Below, in pieces: positions 12,173 through 27,419 of a stretch of 64,000 nt of DNA. Made by a program: the position numbers and the translations under genes. Origin of the DNA: the human T2T-CHM13v2.0 reference genome, Homo sapiens; the NCBI RefSeq assembly GCF_009914755.1, contig NC_060925.1; one strand, 5' to 3'. The first letter of the stretch is position 1, and each line of letters begins with the position of its first letter. Below the pieces are notes generated by a model. That model was not told the DNA's origin, made no database searches, and was given only the letters and a program-made list of their open reading frames with translations.

Positions 12173-13827
12173 TAAAAGCCTAGTTTTCAACAGAAAATTA
12201 CAAGACCTATAAAGAAACAGAAGTGTCTGTGAGGAAGTCCAGATGTTGGACTAATTAGACAAATACTTTGTCAGCTTTTAAAAACATGTTCAGAGAACTA
12301 AAAACCATGTCTGAACTAAATATGAGAGGAATGTCTCACCAAATAAATATCAATAAATTACGAACAAACCAAATGGAAATGTGGATTGAAAGATAAAAGA
12401 ATCATAATTTAAAATTCACTAGAGTCTCAACAGTGGATTTGAACTGGTAGAAGAAATAATCAACTCGAAGACAGGCCAATTGAGAATATCCTGTCTAAAA
12501 AACGAGTGAAAAAGAGTGGAACCTCAGAGACATGTAGGACACCATCAATTGTACTAGCACCCAGAATTGGAGTTCCAGAAGGAGAGGAGGGAAAGGGGCA
12601 GAAAGTGTATATTTGAAGAAATAATTGCCAAAAGCTTTAAAAATTTGATGAAAAACATTACCTGCACATTTAAAAAGCTCAACGAACTACCATATAAATT
12701 CAAAGAGATCCACAAAACTAAGAGTACTATGAACAGTATGAGAAAATCAATTCATAAACAAGGGGTCCTAAATAAGATTAACAGCTCACTTCTCACAATA
12801 AGCTATCACAGAGGCCAGGATGCAGTGAATGACATTCCCAAGTACTGAAAGAAAAAAATAGCCAAGAAATCTGTATCAGTAAAATTATTCCACAAAAACG
12901 GAGAAATTAGTAAGACATGCCCATATAAACAAAAACAAAGACTATCACTAGCAAACCTTAACCACAAGAAATACTAACGGGAGTTCTTTAGGCTGAAATG
13001 AAAGATTAGATAGTAACATGAATCCACACAAAGCAATAGCACTGGAAAAGGTAACTGAATAGTTAAAATATAAAAGACAGTATAAATGTGTTAGCTCAGG
13101 CTGCTATAACAAGGTATAGACCAGACAGCTTAAACAACAGATACTTTCTTCTCATTCTGAAAGCATGGAGGCTAGAAAGAAGTTGCAGAATATTTTCCAG
13201 GTGCTGAAAGATAACTGCTAATCCAGGTACCTTAGCAAAAGTATCCTTCAGTAATGAAGGGGGAAGAATTTGCTGCCGGCAGACCTGCCCAAAAAAGAAT
13301 GGCTAAAGGAAATTCTATAAACAGGAAGGACATGATAATAGAAGGAACTCTGGAACATGATATAGGGAGAAAGGACGCAATGAGAAAAAAAAAATGACTA
13401 AGTTGAATACACCCTCCTCCTAAGTTATCTAAATGTTGCTTGATGGCTGAAGTAAAAGTTATGCCATTGATGTGGCTCAAAAGGTATGTAGAGTTAATAT
13501 TTAATGATTATAAACAGGAATAGTTAAAGGGAGGTAGGTTTTCTATACTTCACTTGAATTGGTAAAATCAGTAGACTGAAAAGTTATTTTTATATAATAG
13601 AGCAACCACTAAAAGTGGTTTTATAGTGTTTACAGAGAGATACACTCTAAAAGTATAATTCTGAAAAATGTTCAAGTAACACAGGCAGAAAATGAAAAAA
13701 AATGCAAGTACAAAACCAATAAAAGCCCACTTAAGCCCTAATATATCAATAATTACATGAAATGTAAATAGTCTAAATATACCAATTAAAAGATTGGGAG
13801 TTTAGTTCAAAAACATGACCCAGCTGA

Positions 13828-14204
<377 letters not shown>

Positions 14205-14640
14205 TTAGTAACTCCTCAAAGAAACCTTCAAGCTCCAATGATTTCACTGGAGAATTCTGCCAAACGTTTAAAGAGGAATTAATGCCAATTCTACACAATC
14301 TCTTTCAAAATATAGGGGAGGAGGGAACACTAACCAATTTATTTCATGAAGTTATTATTGCCCTAAACCAAAACCAGACAGTTAAGAAAATCACAGATCT
14401 GCATTTTTGATGAATATAGACTAAAAATCCAAAAAAAATTGGTGAGTAGAATTCAATAATATATACAAAGAATTATATATTATGACTTGGAGTTTATTCC
14501 AGATGCAAGGCAGTTTCAGTATTCAAAATTCAATTAATCTACCATATTAAGAGGCTAAAAAACAAAATCACAAATCAATTGATGCAGAAAAAGCAGCTGA
14601 TGAAATTCAACACCCAGTCACGGTTTATAAAACTCTCAGA

Positions 14641-14938
14641 GGCCTGGCATGGTGGCTCATGCCTGTAATCCCAGCACTTTGGGAGGCCCAGGCGGGTGGA
14701 TTGCTCAAGCCCAGGAGTTTGACCAGCCTGGGCAACATGGGGAAACCCTGTCTCTACAAAAACCAGCTGGGTGTGGTGGCACGCACCTCTAGTCAGTCCC
14801 AGCTGCTTGAGAGGCTGAGGTGGGAGGATCACCCAAGACTAGGAGGTTGAGGCTGCAGTGAACCCTGATTGCACCACTGCACTTCAGCCTGGGTGACATA
14901 GTGAGACCCTGTCTCAATAAAAACAAACAAAAAAACAA
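14641..14938 (+). mobile_element. AluJ
   Basis: Diverged dimer with A-rich tail. Confidence 0.9.
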
Positions 14939-15739
14939 CTTTCAGAACATTAGGAATAGAGGGCAACTTCAACTTGACAAGCAGCATCTACAAAAAAAAT
15001 TCTATAGCTAACATTTAATTGTGAAACACTTCAGTTCTCCCTGTGATTGTGAACAAGTATGCTCTCATTACTTATTCAACATGGAAATTCTAAACAAGAG
15101 AAGAAAGAAAAAAAATGCATACAGATCAAAAAGGAAAAGCTGAAACTATCCCTATTTGCAGATGGCATGATTGTCTACATATAAAATCTTCAGAAATTTG
15201 TAGAAACACTTTTAGAACTAATAAGTAAATTCAGCAAGGTTGAAAGATACTAGATAAACATAGGAAAAAATAATATTTCTATATATTAGTGATTAACACA
15301 TGGACACTGAAATTTTAAAATATCACTTATAAATTTTTTTTAAAAAAAAGACTTCTTTGTAAATATACAAGTAAAAAAAAGAAAGTAGCTTTTAGCCCAG
15401 GAATGCAAGGTTGGTTCAACAAACAAGTCAACTGATGTAATCTACCAATAAAGTACAAAACTGACATAATCATCCATTACAGATCCAGAAAAAGCATTTG
15501 AAAAAAAACTTCAGCCTTTTATGATTAAAAAAAAACTCAACAGTATAGGAATAAAAGGAAACATATTTAAAAAGGGACATTTAAGAAAAAACCAGCTAAT
15601 TTCATACTTAATGGATGAATGTTTACATCCTATCTTAATTTTCTAAGGTTTTCATAAATTATTCCAAACTTGGTGGCTTAAAGTTATTCTCACAGTTCTG
15701 AAGGCCAGAAATCTGAAATCGAGGTGTCAGTAGGGTTGA

Positions 15740-16164
<425 letters not shown>

Positions 16165-17553
16165 CTTTGCCTCCATCTTCACATGGCCTTCCCCTCTGTG
16201 TCTATGTCTTCTTTTCTGTCTAAGGACACCTGTCATTTAGGATTTAAGACCCACCTTAATCCAGGATGATTTCATCTCAAGATCCTTAATTACATTTGCA
16301 AAGACCCTTATTCCAAATAAGGTCACATTCTGAAGTCTGGGTAGACATGTCTTTTGAGGGCCACTATTCAATTCATTATAGTACACTCTCAGATCCCTCA
16401 AAATTCAGGTCTGTCCCACATGCAAAATACCTTACTTCAATCCAACATCCCCCTGAATCAACCTATTCCAGCATCAACCTGTACATCTAATACCTCTTGT
16501 AAATATTTTTAACTCAAAAAGTCCCAAATCTTATCTAAATCAGGTATGGGTGATACTCTGGGTATGATCCATCCTAGGGCATAATTCCTTTCTAGCTGTA
16601 GACCTGTGGACTAGAAAACCAACTATCTGCTCCCTAAATACAATGGTGGGACAAGCACTGGATAGCCAATCCCATTCCAAAAGGGAGAAGGAGGAATGAA
16701 TAAAGGTATCACAGATCCTAAACAAGTTCAAAACCCAGCAGAGAAAATCCCATTAGGTTTGAAAGCTTGAGAATTACCCTCTGCAGCTTAATCCTCTGCT
16801 CTCCAGAATCAGTGTTCCACACTCTGGGTCCATGGAGGCTCCTTTGGCTGTCCAGAGGGGTCACCTCTCTGCCCTCTGCTTCTGCATCTGTGCCTCTGGT
16901 TTTGGAGTCATTCTTTTTTTCTCTCAAAAGGTAGCACATGTTTGCAATTGAGTAGCCCTATCAGCCTGTTCCTGCCTGTAGAATTTTGAGAATCTAACAA
17001 CCTTTTTTCATTTTGTATAGTCTCAGTCTCTTTTTATTCTAAGCCAGCAATGTTTCTGCTGCTATAACATTCTCAAAATCCTTGTCTATCTCCCATGTCT
17101 CATCCCATGGAGGTCCATGCCATTAGACAAGAGAGATCTTGTCTTGATAGATAGACCTATCTATCTCTTGACAGATCCTTCCTGGATAACCCCATCTCTA
17201 TTCCTGGCTTTTGCTAAGACAGTTGATTACATCCATGAGTCACACACCTAATCTCTTCAGCAACAGGTTGTCCAGTCAGTCCCTTGGCCCTCTTTCCACA
17301 GCATGCCTTTCCAACAGTAGATTTGTTACTTAGCATCCTCTGCAATCAGGATAGGATGAGACTCTTGAAAATCATCAAGTGCTGGTTGCTTTTTGCTTAA
17401 TAACCTCTTCAATTTATCTCTTTCCTCTCACATTTTACTCTAAGCAGCAAGGAGAAATCAGGCTGCGCCTTCAACACTTGTTACTTGAAAATCTCAGTTA
17501 AATATCCAAGTTCATAGCTTATAAGTTCGTTTTTACCCAACAGTAAAACATAA

Positions 17554-18068
<515 letters not shown>

Positions 18069-18329
18069 TTTAGCCAAGTTTTATGCCACTTTATATCAAG
18101 GATTGCCTTTTCTCCAGTTTCCACTATTATGTTCTTCATCAAAGACCTCACCAGAAGCACTTATTAATGTTCATATTTCTACCAACATTCTGTTCATGAG
18201 AATATATTTATTCTCCAAGATAAAAAGCTTTCTATGACATGTACCTCACTTCCTTTTTAGCCCTCTCAAGAGTCACATTTAACATCCATATTTCTTCCAA
18301 TTTTTTCTGTCTTCAAGGCAATCTAGGTA

Positions 18330-18553
18330 GGAATTCAAGACCAGCCTGGGCAACATAGTGAGACCCTGTCTCTACAAAAAATAAAAAATTTAGCCATATT
18401 TGGTGGTGCACACCTATAGTTTTAGCTACTCAGGGGGCTGAGCTGGGAGGATCCCTTGAGGCCAGGAGTTCCGTGCTGCAGCGAATTATGATTGCACCAC
18501 TACACAGGCTGGGTGACAAAGTGAGCCCCTGTCTCTTAAAGAACAAAAACAAA
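18330..18553 (+). mobile_element. 5'-truncated AluJ
   Basis: Starts mid left arm; complete right arm. Confidence 0.85.
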
Positions 18554-18554
18554 A

Positions 18555-20030
18555 CTCAAAGTGGATTCAAGACTTAAGACCTGAAACTATAAAACTGAAC
18601 TGAACTACCTGAAACTGTAAAACTAGTAAAAATAAAACAGGGAAAAGTTTCTTGACATTGCTCTGGGCAATGATTTTTTTTTATATGACCTCAAAAGCAC
18701 AGGCAACAAAAGTGAAAATAGACAAATGGGATTGCATCAAACTAAAATGCTTCTGATACAGCAAAGGAAACAATCCACAGAGTGAAAAGACAACCTAAAG
18801 AATGGGAGAAAATATCTGCAAACCACACATCTAATAAGGAGTTAATATCCAAAACATATAAGGAATTCAAAAAACTCAACAGCAAGAAAACAATCTGATT
18901 AAAAAATGGGCAAAGGACTTGGATAGACATTTCTCAAAAGAATACATACAAGTGGACAATAGGTATATGAAAAAATGCTGAGTATTACTAATCATCAGGG
19001 AAATGCAAATTACAATGAGATATTATCACCTCACATTAGTTAGAATGGCTATTGTGCAAAAAGACAGGAGATACATATTGGCAAGGGTATGGAGAAGAGG
19101 GAACCCTTGTACACTGTTGGTGGGAATGTAAATTAGTATAACCCTTATGGAAAACAATATGGAGGTTCCCTACAAAATAACAATAAAGCTGAGTTTGGTG
19201 GCTCATGCCTGTAACCTCGGAACTTTGGGAGGCAGGAGGGGTGCTTGAGGCCAGAAGTTCGAGGTAACAGTGAATCATGATTGTGCCCCTTCATCCCAGC
19301 CTGAATGACAGAGCGAGACCCTATCTCTAACAAAACTATATGATCCAGCAACCTCACTCTTGGTATTTATCCAAAGGAAATGAAATCATTCTGTCAAAGA
19401 GATATCCGCACTCCCATGTTTATTGCAGCCACTCCCATGTTTGTTGCAGCATTATTCACAATAACCAAGATATGGAATCAACATAAGTGTCCCCTGATGG
19501 ATGACTGGATTAAGAAAATGTGGTGTATATATACAACAGACCACTATTCAGCCTTTTGAAAGGGGAATTCTGTCATTTGTGACAACATGGATGAAACTGA
19601 AGAATATTATGCTAAGTGAAATAGGCCAGACATAAACAAATACTGCATGTTCTCACTTACATGTGAAATATAAAACAGTTAAACTCATAGAATCAGAAGA
19701 ATAGTGGTTGCCTGGGGCTAGGGGTTTGGGCATAGAGTGGGATTGGGAGATGTTGTCTAAGGGTTTAATTAAAAAAACTTTTAAAAAAACAATGAAAGAT
19801 GAAAAGATGAAAGAAGAGATAATGCAATGCCATGGACTAAATGTTTGTGTTCCCACAAATTTGTATGTTAAAAATCTAAGCTCCAATGTGACAATATTTG
19901 GAGTTAGGGGCCTCTGGGAGGTGATTACACATTGTATATACATGTATCAAAATATCCCATGTACCCCCAAAATATGTACAATTATATCAATTTAAAAATA
20001 CAAAATAACCCTAACAGAAGTACTAGAATG
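18555..20030 (+). mobile_element. L1MA/MB ORF2 end and 3'UTR with FLAM (19188-19335) and MLT1 fragment (~19828-19925)
   Basis: GACAAATGGGATTGCATCAAACTAAAA; ACACTGTTGGTGGGAATGTAAATTAGT. Confidence 0.85.
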
Positions 20031-20060
20031 TAATGTGAAATGTATCTCTTAAGTAATAAA

Positions 20061-20357
20061 GGCCAGGTGTGGTGGCTCACCCCTATAATCCTAGCATTTT
20101 GGGAGGCCGTAGAGTCAGGAAGATTGCTTGAGCCCAGGAGTTCAAGACCAGCCTAGGCAACATAGGGAGACCTCATCTCTACAAAAAATTTAAAAATTAG
20201 CCAAGTGTGGTGACTCATGCCTGTGGTCCCAGCTACTCAGGAGGCTGAGGTGGGAGGATCACCTGAGCCCGGAAAATCAAGGCTGCGGTGAGCCGTGATT
20301 GCACCACTGCACTCCAGCCTGGGAGACAGAGCAAGACTTTGTATGAAAAAAAAAAAA
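20061..20357 (+). mobile_element. AluJ
   Basis: TSD AAGTAATAAA. Confidence 0.93.
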
Positions 20358-20480
20358 GTAATAAAAAGATGGAAATAGAGTAAAAAAAAAAAACAATTAA
20401 TCTACCCAGAAGGTCTGAAATCTGAAAGTTTCAGGAAGAGAAAGATGGAATGAAGGAAAGAAAATTATTAAACAATGTAA

Positions 20481-20818
<338 letters not shown>

Positions 20819-21020
20819 AGGACTTGAACTTCTAAAGAACCCAGAGAATGCCTAGCACAAATAATTTTTTTTTAAAGATGCACATCAAGCATAATATAGG
20901 ATAAAAAGATGCTAAAATCTCCAGAAAGCACACACACACACACATATTCCCTCTCTCTTTTCTGTCAAAAAGATCAGAAATCATAGAATAGATATCTCAA
21001 AAATTGTTTAAGAAAATTAA

Positions 21021-21362
<342 letters not shown>

Positions 21363-21417
21363 TAATAGATAATGCCTAAAATGGAATACAGGAATACTAT
21401 TGGTACTATTGGTATAT

Positions 21418-21720
21418 TATTATTATTATTTTTTTTTTAGATACAGAGTCTCGTTCTGTCGCCCAGGCTGGAGTGCAGTGGCCCGATCCTGGCTCACTGA
21501 AACCTCTGTCTCCCAGGTTCTAGCAATTCTCCTGCCTTAGCCTCCCATGTAGCTGGGATTTCAGGTGCATGCTGCCATGTCCAGCTAATTTTTTGTATTT
21601 TAGTAGAGATGGGGTTTCACCGTGTTGCCCAGGCTGGTCTCGAACTCCTGAGGTCAGGCAATCCACCCGCCTCAGCCTCCCAAAGTGTTAGGATTATAGG
21701 CGTGAGCCATCGCACCCAGC
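21418..21720 (-). mobile_element. AluS
   Basis: TSD TTGGTATATTATT. Confidence 0.94.
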
Positions 21721-22011
21721 TTGGTATATTATTTTAAAATAATAAGTAGATTCTTAGCTTACCTCTTTCACTCCTAAGAATTCATTTGACTTGCTAAATA
21801 ATGTATATGTATTGCTTTGGCAAAACCAAACCAAAACTAGATGAAAATAAAACACTTGCACTCGTCTCATTTTTGTACCTAAATATGGTGTAACCTTGGC
21901 CAAATATCTTAGTTCCTTAACCCCATTAGCAGTGTTTTCTCCGATGGAGGGGTTGATGTTGTCTATGGTTCTTTCTATCTGTAAAACATGAATGCTTTAT
22001 CTTTGAAAGTA

Positions 22012-22858
22012 CAGCAGGTCCTTGAAAAAATGTTTTGTTATAATGTTGATGACCAAAAAATAATCACGTCCCTGGTGGCGCCGCTGTCTGTGTGGAGTCT
22101 GCCTGTTCTCCCCACATCTACATTGGTTTTCTCCTGGTGCTCCAACTTCCTCCCACATCCCAAAGATGCCCATATTGGGTTCACTGATGTGTCTACATGG
22201 TGCCAGTGTGAATAAGTGTGAGTGCACCCTGCCAAGGGATGGGCATCCTGTCTAGGGCTGGTTCCTGCCTTGTGCCCTGAGCTGCTGGGACAGGCTCTGG
22301 CCATCTGCTACCCTGAACTGGAATAAGCAGGTTGGAAAATGAGTAAATGAACACAAATTCTTGTAAAATAAAAATTTGTAAAGTAAATGATAATCATAAA
22401 GGTGTCTGTATTGACAAAAAAAAAAAAAAAAAAAAAAGATGCAGTACAACAGTGCTCAGCAAGCCCACCATATTTGTTATTGTGTTTGAACTGTGCAGTG
22501 GTAGGAGGTGCTCCTTAAAATTTTTGCTTTGCAAACATTTATTCCTCAATTTAAACCCCCCACCATTACAATCGCTATCACTCAGGTTTACCAAAACTTG
22601 GGTAAATAATTATATTGTTTTTATTGATCTTTCTTAGATGTATGCATGGCTCACATGTATTTCAATGTTTAATATTAGAAGTGTTTGGGGTCTCTACTTA
22701 GAAGTTTGGTGATGTTTTTGTGACCAGAAATATGGTGTAGGAACTTAACTCTTGTTTATATCAATTATCCTATGGTTAAGTTGGTTTCATTATAAGTCAT
22801 TTTGTTTAAAGTCACGGTCTCCAAGAGCCTATCAGCAACGGTAAGTGAAGACTTACTG
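22012..22858 (+). mobile_element. Full-length MER6 (TcMar-Tigger non-autonomous element)
   Basis: TA|CAGCAGGTCCT...GACTTACTG|TA; internal TGTGTGGAGT..GTTCTCCCC..TTCCTCCCACA core. Confidence 0.85.
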
Positions 22859-23289
22859 TATTTAACAAAATCTTTACGGATTTGGACTAACTTCAGATAG
22901 TAGATTCTCACCAAATGTATTGAGATTTTCAAGTTGTAACTGATTATTGAGAGAGATCTGGAGTTCAATGGGTTTTTACCTTTTATCTTCAAAAGGTTGA
23001 GTTTGCAGTGATTTTTCTATTAATCTAAAACTAAGCTCTGGGACAATATTGGCCATAGAAAATGAGAATGAAGCTAAAAGACAGTGTTTTCTACATAGGG
23101 ATAGATTATAAAGTATAGTGGTTAAAAGGTTTTAGAAATGGAAAATGTATAATAGGGCAGCGGTTAACTATTCTTTTGTAATTAATTCTGTTCTACAAGT
23201 TTCTACCGGATTGCCTTTGGCCAAATAAGTATTACTTTAAAGTAATCTTCTATTTTACATACATCTTTATGTTCTTCAATAAAGGAAGA

Positions 23290-23515
23290 TTACCAAGTGG
23301 CTAAAGTATGACCTCTGAAGTTGGCTTGGGATTGGATCCTGGCTCTTTTACTAGCCAGTTTTAGAGTGGCACTGGATGAGTAAGTTAATCTTGTTTAGCT
23401 TGAGTTTCTTTTTCTATGAAGTGGGGATGATCGTAACAACTGCTATGGATTATATAATCTATGTAAAGATAGCACTGTGTAGTACTAAGTCTCATATAAA
23501 TATAAGCTATTACAA
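23290..23515 (+). mobile_element. MIR
   Basis: GGATCCTGGCTCT..TACTAGC..AAGTTAATCT core. Confidence 0.6.
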
Positions 23516-23559
23516 TTAATATTCCACTTCCTAGGGAATGTTTTTCCTAGGATTCTGTG

Positions 23560-25005
23560 AGCTGGTGGAATCCCTATCTTGTTGGGTCTTAACAAGAGTA
23601 GAGAAGCTGGTCAGGAAAGAGTGGTATTCTGAGAGTAAGAGTTTTGGGAAGACTACGATGAGTTGAGTATCCTAAATCCCAAACTCCTCACTTGAAGGTG
23701 AAGGAACCCCTTAGATATGCTTGTTACCTTGGCTGACCAGTACCTTAATAACCTCACTTAAAGGAGTTAGTTACCTTGCACAAAGAAGCCCATATGCCCT
23801 ATCCCTACAATCCCTCATTGTTTCCAGGACACAGTTTGAGTCAGATCCCAGCATGTCCCAGGGAGACAAATACAAAGTGTGATCTGAAAGAGTCTTTTTT
23901 TGGATCTTAATATTGATAGGTGGAGAATATCTGTGGAAATAGATTCTGAATATGTAGGACCTTGGAAGAAAGGACATAAATTGGGTCAAATGATCACTAT
24001 GGGTAAACCTATAGTAGAGATTTTGGCTCAGTCTATGAGACTGAACAGCTTGAAGTAGTCCTTTTTACTTGGTGGAAACACATTTTGACTCAGCAGTGGC
24101 TCATCTAAATTAGAGATGATATGCCAGAAACTCCTTGGTATGATGTAGAGAAAAGAAATCAAAGAAGAGGGGCCATGTTGGGGAGGATTTAATATGAGTG
24201 ATCCTCTAACTGTATCCCTCGTAAGAGTCTAGTCAACTCTCTTTACCAAGGCATTGAGAAAAACACTGGTGAGCAGAGCACCAGCACTCTTGAAAAGCCA
24301 TATAGTCTGTCTGTAGGCCAGAGATGCCAGTGGGAGATGCTTCAGTTGAAATGGACCCCTTGATTCGATAGGCATTTTCAAGACTGTTTTGTGTCAGAGA
24401 CAAAGTAGTGCATTTAATTGCTAGACTAGAAAGGTGGGCATGGTTACTGTAATAGACAGCAGGAACCACAGGATAATCAGTATACTCTCAACATGAGGTC
24501 TGGCTTTGGCTGAAGGATCATGTGATCTAAAGAAGGAAAATGGATAGTCCTATTTGGTCTATGTTACTAAAAACTGTTAGTCTGACTTGAGCCACTGTAG
24601 TAATCATGAGCCCTTAACTGATTCTCAGGTCTGATTTAATTCAATTTCTGGAGGCCTTGGAGAAAGGACTTTGACATAATATCATGAGTATGTATTATGT
24701 ATCTCTTAGCATTCTCCAAAGTAATCTGTGGCCATTTACCAGAGCAGTTACACAGTGCAGAAAGAAATTCCTAGACCTTTCGGGCTCACCAAACATGCTG
24801 AATTAGTCCTAATTTTGGGCAACCAGAACATCAAACACTTATTCAGAGTGGAGTCTTGTGGAAGTCAGTATAAGTGGAGTTTTGACCCAAGTCCACCACA
24901 GTGACCCCTAAACCCATCCCTTGGTTACTTCTCCCATTTCCTGAGTGTATGGCTAGAGTATTAACATTAGCAACTAGCAGAGTCAACACACTGGTTTCCT
25001 TAACT
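23560..25005 (+). mobile_element. Degraded ERVL-class internal sequence (gag to protease region)
   Basis: ATGCCAGAAACTCCTTGGTATGATGTAGAG; TTTACCAAGGCATTGAGAAA; TTAGCAACTAGCAG blocks. Confidence 0.7.
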
Positions 25006-25007
25006 CG

Positions 25008-26928
25008 TTCTTTTGTTTATCAAGTTTTAATGAAAGGATACAACTGATGCTACTTTACAACATGATAAACATTTGCAATGTCCCAAATTACTACTATTGT
25101 TACGAGAATAAGATTGCTCAGGTTGCTAAAAGGAATTTTTAAAGTATTTCCTCTTTTGGTTGATGTAGTACCTGATCAGAGTTCTAAACTACCGCCTACC
25201 AAATTTTTCTTTGAAAAATCTACCTTTATATGTGAAATTAATATACACATATATTTTAGGTAACAGTAATTTACAGGTTTCTTTATTAAATTAGGATCTT
25301 TGCATTAAGCCCAACTCATCACTGATCAACATATTTCATGCTGATAAGCATTTAGCAAAATTTGAGACTGATATTCAATAATATGTATTAAATCAGATAA
25401 TCTGAGTGCTAAAATAGTTTGCCTCCTGGATTTATAGTAATTTTTAATTGAAAAAAACCTCATTTATTCTGCTCATTTGCAAGTTATAATTTTAACTGGC
25501 AAGAATTACACAGCAGAATTTTTTTAATGGTCATTATAGAAACTAGCTTGCACTTCACCTATTTCTTGATTTTACCGAAATTTATGACCACATTAATTGG
25601 AGAAAGGAAAATAAACTCTCTTGGGAATACGCTGTACTAGCACGAAGAGATTTTCCTTCATTTCTGCAAAATTAATATTCTCTATTCATCTAATGCCTAT
25701 CCACTAGATTTTTTTGTATATGTCACAGAAGTACTTTTTTCTTAGGTAGTATATTTAAACCTTTCAGTTATAATTATTACCACCCCCTCCACCCCCTTCC
25801 CCCCACTTAATGGTTATAAAAAGTTACATCCCTTAAGAAATATTTAGGGATAAATATGGATCAAATCCTTGAGACAAAAACCCAAACTTTATACCAAATC
25901 CTTTCATCCAAAATCTTATATTCAAATGAAGTGAGAATTCCATTAAGGAAACAATATTTTTTTTTTCAACTAATTTTTATAGTTACATCAGCCTGGGCTA
26001 ATTATACAGAAAATTTATACAAATACACACAAAACCAAAAATACCAAACCAAGCAACAACAAAAAAACAACCCCCAAACCCAAAAACTCTCATTCCATAA
26101 GGTGACAAATTTTACTTCTGAGAGGTAGTACAACCAACCAAATGAATACTGTACGTGCATTAACTGAGGCACTTAAGATCACCCAACCTTTTTAATTTAT
26201 AACCAAATCTCTCCTCTTCAGGATTTCAGTGCTCATGAACAAGTATTATATTAGATTAATGGTCTCAATTTATTCTGACAAAATCTTACTTTGAAGTTTA
26301 GTCATTTAGACCTTAAAGTTACAAAAATAAAGTATTTCTATCTCAGGCAAGTATTTAATTTCTTAAAAGCTAGTAAGAAATGAAAAGATCAATGTGGAGA
26401 GAAGTATGATTTCTTAAAAATGGGTACATATTTTAGTTTTTTAATTGTGAAATACATTATGACCTGTAAGAACATTGTTCTTCCTATTCTATTCAGGGTC
26501 ATTTTAACATGTGAGCCTTCAGCTTCATTTTGTACACTACAAACAGGAAAACATAAACATCATGAATCAGTTTAGGCAGAGATGTGATTAAGAATTGTAA
26601 AAGATGGCTTTCATAACATACATAAAATTCCAAACACTTTGCATGTGAAAATTTTCTGAATTATTAAGCAGTAGGGTGATCTCAGTGAGACTTGGCTTCA
26701 TATGAAATGTTTCCATTAAAATTTTAAGTTTGCCTTAAAACAAAAAAAAACTTGGAAAGCAAAGCTCCCAAACCAGCTAAGTTAGAAACTGCTCAGTTTC
26801 TGAATGAAAATGACACTGTTTTTTATTTTTACTCTACTGAATTGAAAGAACAGAAAAAGAACTACAGTTGGTATAGAGAACTATTAGGCCATCTATACAG
26901 ACACCTGAGAACCAATTCTTCTCTACGT
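25008..26928 (-). other. TRMT1L: TRMT1L 3'UTR (distal end approximate)
   Basis: Repeat-free AU-rich tract; minus-strand AATAAA at 26822-27, 26269-74, 25463-68, 25282-87 and ATTAAA at 25026-31. Confidence 0.7.
25026..25031 (-). terminator. Probable distal TRMT1L poly(A) signal ATTAAA
   Basis: TTTAAT on +; GU-rich GTGTGTTG downstream at 24991-24984. Confidence 0.55.
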
Positions 26929-27181
26929 TTACCATCTTCTGCAGCCACTTGCTTCTGCTTTGTCATTCACTGACATTTCAACTCTTTCAGTTACTGTATC
27001 TTCAGATGCTGACTGGACATGGCTTTCTGACTGTCCTCCAGTGTAGGTGGGGGTGCTGTACTTTAAAAGGATAGATTTAAACTGCATCAGAGGTGCATCT
27101 GTGCGTACACCCATTGGGTCAAAATGAGTTCGGCTTACTCGAAAGCCTGCTTGAGATAAATAGCACAAAAACTTTTTTAAC
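26929..27181 (-). CDS. TRMT1L: TRMT1L exon 15 CDS (LKKFL...GFRVSRTH...VRTDAP...GCRRW*); product is a Trm1-family tRNA N2,N2-dimethylguanosine methyltransferase
   Basis: GCAG| acceptor; TAA at 26931-29; 15 exons total 2202 nt = 733 aa. Confidence 0.97.
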
Positions 27182-27292
27182 CTGCAAAAAGGAAAGGAAA
27201 GAAAAAATAATCAGGTTCTTGTATTTTTATTTAAATCACAATATTATTAAAATATAAAATATATATACTTTGTCATTCACTGGGTGTCTTAC

Positions 27293-27419
27293 TTTGGCAT
27301 ATTCATTCCTTTAATGCTGTGTCTGTGAATGTTGTAATAAAAGGGAGGATGTTCAGTACTGACATCAGTCTTTTGCTTCTTGCCTAAATTTGTGATCATT
27401 TCATTACTTTTTCTCTTTC
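27293..27419 (-). CDS. TRMT1L: TRMT1L exon 14 ([16 protein letters not shown]...HPPFYY...MPK)
   Basis: GCAG| acceptor, AA|GTAAG donor; 127 nt. Confidence 0.96.

Noticed and set aside
19409-19450. 21 bp tandem duplication in L1
   Set aside because: Ordinary slippage in a dead repeat
24233-24469. ORF within ERVL gag-like sequence (possible domesticated gag)
   Set aside because: Antisense to gag; no sense ORF of 60 aa or more appears in the track
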